NCBI RefSeq assembly: GCF_001194135.2
Contig: NC_068993.1
Span: forward strand, 42,407,825 to 42,471,824
Source: Octopus bimaculoides
Taxonomy: Eukaryota
DNA length: 64,000 nt
Direction of reading: 5' to 3'
The notes beneath the pieces were generated by a model that worked only from the letters and a program-made list of their open reading frames with translations, was not told where the DNA came from and did not search any database. Positions 26,848-40,660 of this stretch are shown here, one piece after another. Position numbers and translations under genes: made by a program. Each line of letters begins with the position of its first letter. Position 1 is the stretch's first letter.

Positions 26848-27162
26848 CACACACACATACACGCGCGCGCACCCGCACACGCACACTCATATACACATAC
26901 TTACAGATATATATGTACGTCTATATGATGGGAAGTAAAAAATATAACGGATGAGACTGTTTAAAAGATTTACAAAACTTGATCGATCGCTGATTATATT
27001 CCATCCACCACCAATGTGTACATTTATGTATATACACACACACATAGATGCACACACCCATACACACAAACACACACAAACACATACACATGCAAATTTA
27101 CATATATATGGAAGTACAAATGTGAGATCATGTACATTTATATTGAGATCATGTACATTTAT

Positions 27163-27210
<48 letters not shown>

Positions 27211-27211
<1 letters not shown>

Positions 27212-28100
27212 TGGGGTTGGACAAAATAATGGAAACAACTTATAATTTCAAATCTATTTTAATATGGGGTAGGACCGCCTTTGGCAAAAATTACAGCTTG
27301 TATTCTTCGGCTAAATCAGTCTCCAGTTCTTGTTGTGATGATGGTGGAGGATATCGACACCTTATTTGTTTTTCTAAAATGCACCATAAATGTTCAATAA
27401 TATTCAGATTTGGGAACTGCGGTGGCCAGATAAGAAATTCGACTTCACCAGAATGTTCCTCATGCCATTCAGCAATAACGTAAGCTGTGTGAATTGGTGC
27501 ATTATCATCCTGAAAGATTGCATTTCCTCCGGAAACAGTTCCACAACCATAGAATGAATTTGATCAGATAAAATGCTTAAATAGTGTTGACTATTAATTC
27601 TGCCATGAAGGGAAACTATTGGGTCGGCGGATTTCCAAGATATAGTCCTCCCCACGCCAGATCTTCTATGTTTAACAGTCGGAAGAAGGCAGTATGAGTC
27701 AAATGCTTCTTTTGGCTGTCCCCAAACGTATACTCGGCCGGTGATTGGAAAAAAGGTAAAGGATGACTCGTCCGAGAGAATAACATCCTTCCACTGCTCT
27801 AGGTATCAATTTGAAAGTTTTTACTCCAGATTAAACGCTTTGCAATGTTTGTTTTTGAAAGTAGTGGTTTTCTGATTGCAGCCCTCCAGTGAAATCTGGC
27901 TTTGTGCAGCTCCCGGCGGACAGTTTTTGTGAGAACCGGGTTCCCTGTGTGGTCATTAAGCTCTGAAGTAAATTTAGGTGCTGTACTTTTGTGATTCTTC
28001 CTAACAATTCGCATCTGAAGCAGCTGGAGATACGATAGTTTGACCAAAATAATCGGCTATTGCAAGCAAAAATAAATGTTGAGAGAAACGCATTTGGCCA
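27211..28100 (-). mobile_element. Tc1-family (DD34E) transposon, 5'-truncated transposase pseudogene
   Basis: One terminus TA|ctggggttggacaaaataatggaaaca. Minus frames give TVRRELHKARFHWRAAIRKPLLSKTNIAKRL, VILSDESSF, IFQDDNAPIHTAY and WPPQFPNLNIIEHLWCILEKQ. No second TIR seen. Confidence 0.92.
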
Positions 28101-29003
28101 AATTTGGACATACAACAGTTTAACATAATATTAATGGTATATATAACATTAAAAGCACCGGTTCTCGTCGGATCACCGGAGTTAGGCTATATGAAACCTA
28201 GTTAGTACGCAGATAGGTTAGTGCTTGAGAATTTCATGTGGTGCTAGCATCATCTATATGGGTATGTGAATGTATTGATAAAAAACACACACACATTCAC
28301 TCACTCACACACACNNNNNNNNNNNNNNNNNNNNNNNNNNNNNNNNNNNNNNNNNNNNNNNNNNNNNNNNNNNNNNNNNNNNNNNNNNNNNNNNNNNNNN
28401 NNNNNNNNNNNNNNNNNNNNNNNNNNNNNNNNNNNNNNNNNNNNNNNNNNNNNNNNNNNNNNNNNNNNNNNNNNNNNNNNNNNNNNNNNNNNNNNNNNNN
28501 NNNNNNNNNNNNNNNNNNNNNNNNNNNNNNNNNNNNNNNNNNNNNNNNNNNNNNNNNNNNNNNNNNNNNNNNNNNNNNNNNNNNNNNNNNNNNNNNNNNN
28601 NNNNNNNNNNNNNNNNNNNNNNNNNNNNNNNNNNNNNNNNNNNNNNNNNNNNNNNNNNNNNNNNNNNNNNNNNNNNNNNNNNNNNNNNNNNNNNNNNNNN
28701 NNNNNNNNNNNNNNNNNNNNNNNNNNNNNNNNNNNNNNNNNNNNNNNNNNNNNNNNNNNNNNNNNNNNNNNNNNNNNNNNNNNNNNNNNNNNNNNNNNNN
28801 NNNNNNNNNNNNNNNNNNNNNNNNNNNNNNNNNNNNNNNNNNNNNNNNNNNNNNNNNNNNNNNNNNNNNNNNNNNNNNNNNNNNNNNNNNNNNNNNNNNN
28901 NNNNNNNNNNNNNNNNNNNNNNNNNNNNNNNNNNNNNNNNNNNNNNNNNNNNNNNNNNNNNNNNNNNNNNNNNNNNNNNNNNNNNNNNGTGCTTGTGAAT
29001 ATA

Positions 29004-29034
<31 letters not shown>

Positions 29035-29102
<68 letters not shown>

Positions 29103-29200
29103 TGAGTGAGATAGAGAGAAAGAGAGAGAGAGAAAGAGAGAGAGATTGATAGGTAGAGAGAGAGGACGAGAGAAAGAGTGAGAGAGAGAGAAAGAAACAC
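29035..29200. repeat. (GA)n microsatellite after gap 28315-28988
   Basis: Direct reading. Confidence 0.95.
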
Positions 29201-29951
29201 GTAGAGAACTATGTGCGTAACTACAAGCCGCAAGCATGGCGAAACATTGTTATCTGTCGCTCCTGATTTGTATTTAGGGCGAGTTTCCTGGCCAGTCTAT
29301 GTGACTTTCAAGTGTTTTAACACCTGACGCTTTGAATGAATCACTCCCACCGCGTTAAATCGCAGCCTACACGTGAAGAAGCAAATCGCATATCTGTGGT
29401 CAATAATGTTTACAACACTAACACTGCTTCAAATTCATATTTGGATATATATATACATATATATATGTATATATAAATGTATGTATGTATTACCGTATAT
29501 ATAACTACTGGTATGATACTAACATATAAATCCAATATGTCACTGTATATGACAAATGCCAACTTGTTTTGATAGTATCACTACTATCCATTGAAACCAA
29601 AATGGCTATAAACCATTATGAGGATTTATTTACAATTCTTTTTTTCTTTTTACGAATAGATGGTTTATAATAAAGGATCTCTCTTCTTCTTATTATTTTT
29701 ACTGATCATTCGATGAGCCGGCGTAGAAAATCAATTGAGAAATATCTCATTGAATCAATTCATAGAATCAATTTCGGTCAAATTGTATTGAGTATTAATA
29801 ACCCAAGCGAAAATCCTCAAGTCAACTGCTGCCTGATAGGAAGATGTTAAAGTCAACCATATTATGAACATGGCTACCGATAAGATGTTCATTGGGAATG
29901 TGCAATGACTCGATTTATTATTTGAGATTAAAAGATTAATTAAAAGAGAAA

Positions 29952-30072
<121 letters not shown>

Positions 30073-30364
30073 TATCTCCACAAGAAGGCTAAACATAGTG
30101 CCAAGAAGGCAACATTAAGTTCTGCGCTGTGAACATATTGCTCTCAATAAACAGCACTTAATATTGCCTTACAGAGTTGATATTTAAGTATGGATAGGAA
30201 ACAGCGGTAAAACTAATATCAGATAAGGTGAAGACAACATAGTGCAATATTAGCATGTGTGGGAATTATGCTGGTATTATTACTAATTTCAGAATCTTAT
30301 AAGCACCTTCCTCTGGTTTATTTTAATCTAAGAAAATAAATGAAAAGAAAAAAAAAACCGATGT

Positions 30365-30403
<39 letters not shown>

Positions 30404-31466
30404 CATGCTTTGTATATATGTATGTTCATATGTATGTATGTATANNNNNNNNNNNNNNNNNNNNNNNNNNNNNNNNNNNNNNNNNNNNNNNNNNNNNNNN
30501 NNNNNNNNNNNNNNNNNNNNNNNNNNNNNNNNNNNNNNNNNNNNNNNNNNNNNNNNNNNNNNNNNNNNNNNNNNNNNNNNNNNNNNNNNNNNNNNNNNNN
30601 NNNNNNNNNNNNNNNNNNNNNNNNNNNNNNNNNNNNNNNNNNNNNNNNNNNNNNNNNNNNNNNNNNNNNNNNNNNNNNNNNNNNNNNNNNNNNNNNNNNN
30701 NNNNNNNNNNNNNNNNNNNNNNNNNNNNNNNNNNNNNNNNNNNNNNNNNNNNNNNNNNNNNNNNNNNNNNNNNNNNNNNNNNNNNNNNNNNNNNNNNNNN
30801 NNNNNNNNNNNNNNNNNNNNNNNNNNNNNNNNNNNNNNNNNNNNNNNNNNNNNNNNNNNNNNNNNNNNNNNNNNNNNNNNNNNNNNNNNNNNNNNNNNNN
30901 NNNNNNNNNNNNNNNNNNNNNNNNNNNNNNNNNNNNNNNNNNNNNNNNNNNNNNNNNNNNNNNNNNNNNNNNNNNNNNNNNNNNNNNNNNNNNNNNNNNN
31001 NNNNNNNNNNNNNNNNNNNNNNNNNNNNNNNNNNNNNNNNNNNNNNNNNNNNNNNNNNNNNNNNNNNNNNNNNNNNNNNNNNNNNNNNNNNNNNNNNNNN
31101 NNNNNNNNNNNNNNNNNNNNNNNNNNNNNNNNNNNNNNNNNNNNNNNNNNNNNNNNNNNNNNNNNNNNNNNNNNNNNNNNNNNNNNNNNNNNNNNNNNNN
31201 NNNNNNNNNNNNNNNNNNNNNNNNNNNNNNNNNNNNNNNNNNNNNNNNNNNNNNNNNNNNNNNNNNNNNNNNNNNNNNNNNNNNNNNNNNNNNNNNNNNN
31301 NNNNNNNNNNNNNNNNNNNNNNNNNNNNNNNACATATAAATTACAATTAAATGGGTAAAGGTTTATCAATTTATTAATTTATTAATAAATCAACAATTAA
31401 TAAGTTTTACCAAGCCCTTCGGTATGTATGTATGTACGTATTTTATGTATGTATGTATGTATATAT

Positions 31467-31622
31467 ACGACAGGCTTCTTTCAGTTACCGTCTACCAAAT
31501 CCACTCACAAGGCTTTGGTTGGCCCGCGGCTATGATAGAAGACCATGGTTCTACGCAGTGAAACTAAACCTGGAGCCATGTGGTTGGGAAGCAAGTTTCT
31601 TTCATCACAGCCCCGCCTGCGC
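31467..31622 (-). mobile_element. SINE family A 5' half
   Basis: cgacaggcttctttcagttaccgtctaccaaatccactcacaaggctttgg...ccatgtggttgggaagcaag is the reverse complement of 42600-42745. Confidence 0.88.
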
Positions 31623-31627
31623 CTATC

Positions 31628-31790
31628 TATCTTTTTCTGAGTGTACTTTTCGTTATTTTTCTTCCCATCGAGATCAACTTAACCCCTCTTTCTATTGTTG
31701 TCGATAAAATAGAATACCGGTCAAGTATTATGGTTGGTAGTAGCGACTAACTCTCTCCACTCGTAACTGCTAGACTTGTGCCAACATTTT
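31628..31790 (+). mobile_element. Degenerate SINE family B 3' part
   Basis: gtcgataaaatagaataccggtcaagta...gctagacttgtgccaacatttt. Confidence 0.5.
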
Positions 31791-32025
31791 AAAGTTTCTT
31801 TTTCCTGCTGCTAGATAGGCCAAGTCGTTGAATGTGATACGTTGCTCGAGATATCGTTTCCGTGAGCGAAATCTCTTCACGTATGACACCAACATATGTT
31901 TGATCACAAATAGGTTTCACATAATAGATTAATTTAAACACTAACAGTAATCTATCATATACATATTTGTAGCTATCATTTATAATTATGCTGAGTAGCA
32001 TTTCTTCTTGATTTACGCTGTTTTC

Positions 32026-32168
32026 AAATTCCGTCGAGATCATCTTTACCTTTCATATTTTCCAAATCCATAAAATAAGTACCATTTGAGTACTGGGTTC
32101 GATGTAATTTACTAACCCACTCCACCTCTTCTAAAATTTCAGGCCTTGTGCTTATAGTAGAGAGGAAT
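32026..32168 (+). mobile_element. SINE family B 3' part
   Basis: aattccgtcgagatcatctttacctttcat...aaaataagtaccatttgagtactgggttcgatgtaat...aaatttcaggccttgtgcttatagtagag. Confidence 0.8.
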
Positions 32169-32593
32169 GTTTATTATTGAGATAATTATTTAAACTCTCT
32201 AATCTAAACACACTCAACTCATCCCGCATAATCCTTAATTATGTGATGCCACAACTTAAAAAAACCATTTATTCAGGTATTGTGTATTTCTAGTTCTTCC
32301 AAATAGCAATTATTTGTGGTCTAAATTGAAATAAACACCAATTGCTTTCGTACATTTTTGTTTGAATTCACCACCGAGAATTTATCATTTTTCGAAATCA
32401 TAACTGCTTATAATTTACACTACGTTCCTGATAATTTACAGACATGCGCATTTGTGCTTGTGCACCCAAATATTCACCAGTACACTCGATTACCTTTCTA
32501 TAACTATTAGATATATGCAAGTATATGAACATGTAGATATGTATAGCCAGTTTATATGAATGTGTGTGCATACATGTGTGTATGTTTTCTTGC

Positions 32594-32753
<160 letters not shown>

Positions 32754-33689
32754 ATGTTCCTTATGGATTCAAAAACTGGGTTGCCGAGTTTGACGTATGA
32801 GGTATCAAAAGATTCAGTAATCTTTCGGCTACCAAATAAAGAATGTTTTTGCACAACTCTTTTTTCCTATAAAAATAACCTCGAAAACGAGGTGGAGTCG
32901 TATAATTCTTGAGGTCTTTAGCTAAGGGCGGTAAGTCTGCCTGTATAATATGTCTTAGAGCATAATTAGAAAATGTTTAAAATACATGGAGTTTTACTAG
33001 GGAATGAAAATTCGAATATATACCGTCAACTTTGTTAGTATTATTTAGTAGATAATCCTTTAATATGAAGTATATTTGCCTGTGTTTTGTTTAGTCCAGA
33101 GTTGCCACCGATGTAGCAGACCCATCGCATAGTGTTTTGTTTTTCGTTTACTTCCTGAAATACTGTAAATCTATGTCTTTCTTTTGATGAAGGCGCGTTT
33201 TAAGAGAGATTTGGCTGCTATTTGTAGCAGCTAAATTTACCACAGAGACATTTTTGTGTGTGTATGTGCGAGTATGTTTTGTTGTTGTAAAAAATTACTA
33301 TTTCTAAGAATATTTTGCGCAATAACTTTTTTAAAATCTGGAGATCTTTCTTAACCATTCAACTTTAAATTACAATTGTTAATTACTGAACTTCAAGTAA
33401 ACTGAGAGGTACATATAGTGTTATCGTATAGAGTGGAAGTTTGAACTCATTATCTTGTGGTTAGAAATCAATTACATTAAATTTTAACCCATGAAGTCTT
33501 TAGACATTATTTTAGTGGGTTTAGCCTTTCGAATGATTTGGTATAACCTTTAAACATTTCATTGATCATACTCACCTCAGTACGTATTTCAATCTGGTAT
33601 TTATTTTATAGATCTCACTCTGATGAACTGCTACCTTTGAGATATATCTGGACGCAATATTGGATTTAAAATGTAAGCAGGCACACACT

Positions 33690-33970
33690 TTAGGTGCAAG
33701 AATGTGTGGTTGAGAATTTTACTTCCCAACCACATCGTTCCCCTTTCAGTCGCTTTGCATGCTACATGGGGCAAGTGTTTTCTTCTTTACTTGACCAAAT
33801 GTTTTCTATGCTAACCACAAACTTGTGACTGAAATTGATTGACGGAAACTGTAGCGTTGTTCAACAGAAAATGACCGAAAATCCTGTTTATAAAGAGTTG
33901 TTTGCTTCATACACCTCGTGTGCCGATTCTGGTGGTGTAGGTCATAACACCCGGGCAACGCCGAGGTGCA
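33690..33970 (+). mobile_element. Degenerate SINE family A
   Basis: tgtgtggttgagaattttacttcccaaccacat...ggggcaagtgttttcttc matches the head at 42590-42680. Confidence 0.6.
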
Positions 33971-34709
33971 TTGCTTTTATGTGTGTGTGTGTGAGTGTGT
34001 GTGTTTGTGTGTGTGTATATGTGTGTGTGTACATATGTATATATATATATANNNNNNNNNNNNNNNNNNNNNNNNNNNNNNNNNNNNNNNNNNNNNNNNN
34101 NNNNNNNNNNNNNNNNNNNNNNNNNNNNNNNNNNNNNNNNNNNNNNNNNNNNNNNNNNNNNNNNNNNNNNNNNNNNNNNNNNNNNNNNNNNNNNNNNNNN
34201 NNNNNNNNNNNNNNNNNNNNNNNNNNNNNNNNNNNNNNNNNNNNNNNNNNNNNNNNNNNNNNNNNNNNNNNNNNNNNNNNNNNNNNNNNNNNNNNNNNNN
34301 NNNNNNNNNNNNNNNNNNNNNNNNNNNNNNNNNNNNNNNNNNNNNNNNNNNNNNNNNNNNNNNNNNNNNNNNNNNNNNNNNNNNNNNNNNNNNNNNNNNN
34401 NNNNNNNNNNNNNNNNNNNNNNNNNNNNNNNNNNNNNNNNNNNNNNNNNNNNNNNNNNNNNNNNNNNNNNNNNNNNNNNNNNNNNNNNNNNNNNNNNNNN
34501 NNNNNNNNNNNNNNNNNNNNNNNNNNNNNNNNNNNNNNNNNNNNNNNNNNNNNNNNNNNNNNNNNNNNNNNNNNNNNNNNATATATATATATATATATAT
34601 AAATTTATAAACGACTCCTATATATAAATGTATGTATGTATGTATTTATGTATATTGCATTGTATTGTTTAGTCAGGAAAAAAACGGAGATACCTATGAC
34701 CTTTACGTT

Positions 34710-36850
34710 TCCTATGAGACTGGTAACATTGATCGATTATATTTGACTTGAACATCTGTAAGTCGATGTCTACAGGGAAAACGTGGGTACGATGCGAATT
34801 CCAGAATGTTTACGTAGATGGAACTGAATGTGGGATTGTGGTTTTTGTAGGGTTTACAGCTGTAGGACATCACGAGTAACACGAGGAGAAATGGGATTGA
34901 GATGAGGCGAAGCTAAAATATATCATTGAGAGAATCGAAGAGCATTATATGTGCAATAGAATACACAATATTAGGAGAAGCTTGTCTCTGTGCTGTGTGG
35001 TATATAAGTGAGTATTTTGGTAATCAGTTGGGAGGGTAGCTTGTCCAAGGGCCAGAATTTGTAGGGTATTAGTGAATGAGTATTTGCCGGTCATCCGGAC
35101 GAATAGTTTATCTATTAACAAGACACTGAGCAAGTGAATATTCGCCAATCAGTCGGATGCATAGCTTGCCAACAGATCAGAATTTGGGGAATATTATATT
35201 AGTGGGAGAGTATTTGTTAATCAGTCGGTTGGATAGCTTTTTAGTTGGATGTGTGCTCACATGTTTATAAGTAGCAGAAGCACTGTCAAACATGAGCGAT
35301 CAGTATTTTATATTGAGCCTTCGTTGGGAGTTGTATAGATTTAACAAGTAGCAAACAATGAACGCCGAAATTATGTAGATTTTGAGAGTAGGTGTTGGGT
35401 ATGCAGCCTTGTTTACATTATTCATATGGTATCACCAGGAAAAGTTATCGGTAATTGCAAGGGCTTAATTTTGACCGTTTCTAGCAGCTTTGTGATTTTT
35501 TTTTCAATGTTTTGTTCCAAATCAGAGAGAATAATAACAAGCTATCAGGTTTTCATAATCTTATCTCATTGTCTATTATGCCTGCACATGATCCACGTAT
35601 TGTTAACTTATATGTTCTGCGGACGTAAGTTTAGAGAGTATAAAATGTGATGGCCTTCCATTCAGAATGAGTCTTCTGAGATCTGACCCTAAGCAAATAA
35701 TTAACATAGAGAACGAACTGTGAGGACACCGACACTTACTGCGCTCTTGTGGTGAAAGACTAGGGATCAGAAACTCTCCTGGCAACACACATGAGATGGT
35801 GTAGTCGATCTTACTGGAAATGCTCGATCTAGGAGAAGAGATATTGATGAAGCGCATAATCGAGAAAATCAGCCAAAAATAGTCGTGTGAGGTGTTTTGC
35901 CGATGTTATGTCCAACGTCATTGCTTTCACAGGACTTCCCAAGGACATGGAATCAACAAGTATTGAAACAAGGGAACCGGTTCTAAGTTTTATATAAATT
36001 ACACTGATGGTCAGCAAAGGAGTAGAAGGATCTAAACGTGTTAGATAATGATATTGTTAATGAATGTTTCCTTCACTTATGTGATAAAGAAAGTAAGAGT
36101 GATAAATTGTTCTTGGCGGCTTCCATGGATGTTGCTCATCTTGGTGATGGAGCGCACATGCTTCCAGTCTGTGAGACGGATTCCTCTAGAAGAAGCGTCC
36201 GGCGATGACTAAGCTCCGTTTAAATGTCACGAAAGAGACATTACCTGAACTGTTGTCTTCGCCTGTGTGAAATAACCGGGGGTGTTTCTTTACTTGCCTT
36301 ACAAGTATTTCAGTTGGTGAGATTGATTAGATAACAAAAGGGTGTTTGGAATGATTTTGACAACCAAGTGTGCATGTGCGTGTGCGTATGAGTGAAGGTG
36401 TGTGTGTGTGTGTGTACGTGCGTGTGTGTGTGAGAGCGCGCGCATGTGTGTATGTTGTAAAATAACATGTAAAGAGCGCAATGTGGATCTGCGAGATATT
36501 CTAGATACAGAGCTATTTTGGTAAGCAATTTTGCTGAGCAGGGCCTTATCCGAAAATTTAAAGACGTTCTATAGACGACAACCTTGATAGAACTGCTATA
36601 TGTAATGAGAAGGAACATCTTGCAGAATATATCATGTGTAAAAGTGTTCTGCTATATACATTTTCGAGTAGCTTTACAAAATTTGTGTTAGACCCGTCTA
36701 AGCCTTCCTTGCACAGTTATGGTGCTACTGATCGTGAAACAAACCTGATGAGTGGTTTGAAGGATTCCAGGCAATGATTATGCGGAATGTCGCGGAAAAG
36801 TAGTGAGAATACAATTTGATATTATAGGTAACAGCAGATAGGTCGTTGGC
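34710..36850 (-). mobile_element. CR1/Jockey-group LINE ORF2 remnant (RT and C-terminus), heavily mutated
   Basis: Minus frames in order: RDIPHNHCL (36780), DWKHVRSITK (cf. SWKHA.V.PIPK), LADHQC (cf. L.DHQYGFR), AMTLDIT (cf. ALDISKAF), LFSWI, FVLYVNYLL, RLIG repeats, and FWNSHRTHVFPVDIDLQMFKSNI (cf. WNSLP..VFP...NLQ.FK) near 34760. Confidence 0.7.
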
Positions 36851-39291
36851 ATGTGAAGAAAAATGCCTAAAGAAATAGTTTCAGTCTGAAATGTTGTACT
36901 TTCTAAAGGGTCATTGAGTTTGAAGATGTTCACTGCCAGAGAAACAGATCGTGTACAACTTAGAATACGGGTAAGTTATCTAATTTTAAATGTCATAGGT
37001 TTTGTGCAGTGTGTGTTTCTCTTTTACTGGGTAAACATAATTACATATTTGGAACTAAATGTTCGTGATGTAGACCTTACAGCTGATAGTACTTCAGATT
37101 ACATACGGCTCGTTTTCTTTGAGATTGTTAATGAGTACGGTTGACCATAAGGGCAATAGAATGAATTTTTAGGTGCAGTAATATAAACAGTCTATCCTAT
37201 ATATGGTAAAAATATATAGTGAAAATACATATTTCTAATATACATTTGTATTGAATAATCTATCGTTTTCAACCACATTATAAACAATAACAGTTTACAT
37301 AGACACACAGACTCATTTTACACACATATATGAATGAATGAATGAATGAATATGTAACTGTGTGTATGTGTGCGCGTGTGTGCGTGTGCGTGCGTGTATG
37401 GGAGTAAATTTGCTCACATATGTATCTAAACATATGAAAGGATACATGTATCTATGAACCCATACTTGTGGGTATTTTCATATGTATACTTGTGTACATT
37501 ATGAATGTACGTATGTATGTATCTATTTATGTATGTATATATATTGATATGTAGGTATGTATGTCTTCACTTATGTATATATATATAGATATGTAGGTAG
37601 GTATATATTATTTATGTATATGTGGATATAGATATCTAGGTATGTATGTACATTTTAGTTCAACAGCAACTAGGTAAGTTTTGAAATATTTCCAAATAGC
37701 CATTTACATTGCATGCTCAGTTTTGTTTTCCTTCTAACAAATCAATAATTTTCGGGTCGATATTGAGGTATCCGTAGTATTAGAAGAAAGAGGGCGGGGT
37801 TATCGAGGTTACTGAATTTTATTATATCTTGCAGTGTGTGAAAGAAAATAATATAAGTTTACATAAAATACGATATATGCATATGTTAGAAATTGTTTAT
37901 CGTTTCTCGTTTAATGGGATAGGTATATAATATCTATGAATATGCTTTGTATACTGTGCATGATGAATATAAATTTCACAGTGGTACGAGAATATATTAA
38001 AACTGAGAATTTTCTGCGTCCGTCCTTTAGTACATCACCAGCTACCCGAATTATAAAAATTCACGCTATTGACCAACTTAAACAATTATTCTTAGCTGGT
38101 GTGTTGTAATTATGCAAACTATACAGGCTAAAGTTCTTCCTATCTATTTTTCTACTTGTTAAAATCTCTATACTCTTCTCAGGAAGAATGTGATTTGTTT
38201 ATAAGGGCTAATAAGATAGAAACCCCGACCATAGCTGTCACCATACCTTCTAACAAACATTAGACACCCCACCTCCAATCATGGATACATTGCATATATG
38301 ATCACAAAAAAGACGTTTGTATATGTGTGCTGTTGGGCTTCTAATAAGGTTCAATGCTCTAAATATTTTTTCTTCCTGAATACGTGTTGCTGGAATTGGA
38401 GAGCGTATTGTAAGCACGTACGACTTTGATACCATAAATACGGTAGTTTTCCATGAGATTACCTCCCCTTTTGACTAAAGTTTGCCACCATCTGACGTCT
38501 GATTTATGCTTTCTCTTTATAAATAAAGGCAATTTTCAAATCATTATGGCAGTTTTGTGTACATGATTTTGTACATCACCATCTATGCGATTTAACTTTA
38601 TGAAAGTGTCCCACTTAATACATTTGCTTCAGCACACATTTTTAATTATAAAAATATACATTCAGAGGCTGTCGTTATTTGATGCCGGCATATGATAGAC
38701 CCGATTAAAACGTGATATAGAAGGAAATATGTACGAGGAATTAGTATAATTACATGTCTTAATTGATTGAACTGTTAACTAATTAGCACGTGTCTTTTCT
38801 GTAAATATATAGTTGTTAGGAATATGCATCAAAATTTTTAAATTATTTGATATTCTGAAATTTAATACATAGCTTTCAATGGATGAAAAGTAACATAGTC
38901 AAGAATTATGATATATTACTATTAAAATATAAACTATCACACAAAGAAAAACTATACAGAGATAAAAAGTTGAGATTAAAGGAATTCACTACTAAAAGAG
39001 CTAGAAATGTAAACAGAAAAGATGGCCGTGTGAAATGTAAACTCAGTAAAATTAATAACCAATGTGTGTGCGTTACTTCTCTATTTTACATTATCAAAAG
39101 CGAAGATATCTGTTAACTCAAACATCAAGAATATACATGTGTCTACATATATATATATATATATATATATATACGAATGTATATGTATGTATGTGTATTT
39201 ATACACACACACATACTAACTTATACAGTTTGATTGCATTACAAACAACTCTACGAGCTAAGTTTAATAAAATTAAAAAATATTATAATAG

Positions 39292-39292
39292 T

Positions 39293-39351
<59 letters not shown>
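39292..39351. repeat. (GATA)n microsatellite
   Basis: Direct reading. Confidence 0.97.
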
Positions 39352-39352
<1 letters not shown>

Positions 39353-39745
39353 ATACACATGCACGTGTTACTGCTAACTGATTATAGGAATACGAGTGCG
39401 CCAGTGTATATGTGCATATGCATATAAATATATATGCGTACACATATAAGTCAAAGTGAATGACGAAAATAACAACACGGGAGAGAAAGGGAACAGAAGA
39501 CAGATCTATTTTAATGTTGTTAATGTTTTGTTCTATGACTCATCTTCAGAAAGGTAATAAAAGGAGAGAAAAGCTACAAGAATAAAGTAAAATGGGGTAA
39601 CTAGAAAATATGAGACGGTCGGTGTCATGGTCTGTTAAAACTTGTGCAGATCGAATGACTAAAAGTGACAGAGAAGAAAAGAGATTTCATATGTAAAAAG
39701 GACAGCAGAAGGAAACTGCGTAAATCATGTATGTGTCCATTCGCT

Positions 39746-39804
<59 letters not shown>

Positions 39805-39875
39805 GTAAGGCGTCTAAAATTCCATAAGTCTGGAAAAAGATGCACTTGCATATGTGTCAATAGAGTGGGTATATC

Positions 39876-40115
39876 ATCCGAAGTCTACAGTATTATATAT
39901 CCATTACGCCCGATCTTACCATTCGGTTTCGCGCCAGTGGTACAACGGAGTGTTAGGTAACCGTCTGATTATATAACCCTGCGCTCATCAGAGGTAACCG
40001 ATATTGGCATAGGGTTATATATTCGGATCGTTACCTAACACTGTATTTGTACCCCAGCGGGAATCCAATTGCCGAGATCCGCCGTGATAGATATGTAATA
40101 TTATACACTTCGGAT
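39876..40115. repeat. 240-bp imperfect palindrome (109-bp arms, 22-nt loop); probable fold-back element or MITE
   Basis: Arms 39876-39984 and 40007-40115 are reverse complements with no net indel. About 72% ungapped identity by hand, including perfect tgttaggtaac and atataaccct blocks. Confidence 0.9.
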
Positions 40116-40125
40116 AATGCACACG

Positions 40126-40220
<95 letters not shown>

Positions 40221-40608
40221 GTGTGTGTGTGTGTTTGGGTTTGTTTGTGGGCGGGGGCTTTGCTTGTGTGAATGCTTGTGAATCCGAGAGGGACAGAAAG
40301 TGGTAAACTCGAAATTATTTGATGAAATCATAGTAAAATAACGGAAAGATAGTATTAGTAAATGAAAGTAGAATATAATAATGAATTGGGTGTTTAAAAG
40401 CTTGTGCTTCCCACTGTCGATAGTCTGAAGACAATTATATTTTAACAATTTTTAAATATCATAACCAACACCGATTAGTGAACACGGAATAACCAAGATA
40501 TATTATAACATATATTTAAATCTATTTTTTCAGAATAAAAAGTTTTGAATGGTACAAAAATGCACTATAATACAAAAAATGGACTATATACCTGTTGTAA
40601 TTTAGTTA

Positions 40609-40660
40609 TTCATCCGATGATATTTCGGAATACAATTCCTTCTTCAGATATTCTTAGATG
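40609..40660 (-). ncRNA. Degenerate hammerhead-ribozyme-like motif (Penelope-type terminus)
   Basis: Minus strand reads CUGAAGA-aggaau-ugu-auucc-GAAA-uaucAUC-ggaug. Both core boxes and stem II are present. Stem I needs an 8-nt bulge. Confidence 0.4.

Noticed and set aside
27123-27164. Exact 21-bp tandem duplication beside the Tc1 end
   Set aside because: It lies outside the TIR and is not a TSD (Tc1 duplicates TA); ordinary slippage in an AT-rich tract.
35008-35240. CRISPR array
   Set aside because: Eukaryotic context, very divergent repeats, spacers related to each other, and location inside a LINE ORF2 remnant.
38250-38435. 62-aa minus ORF as an exon
   Set aside because: No recognisable domain or convincing splice sites; the length is expected by chance.
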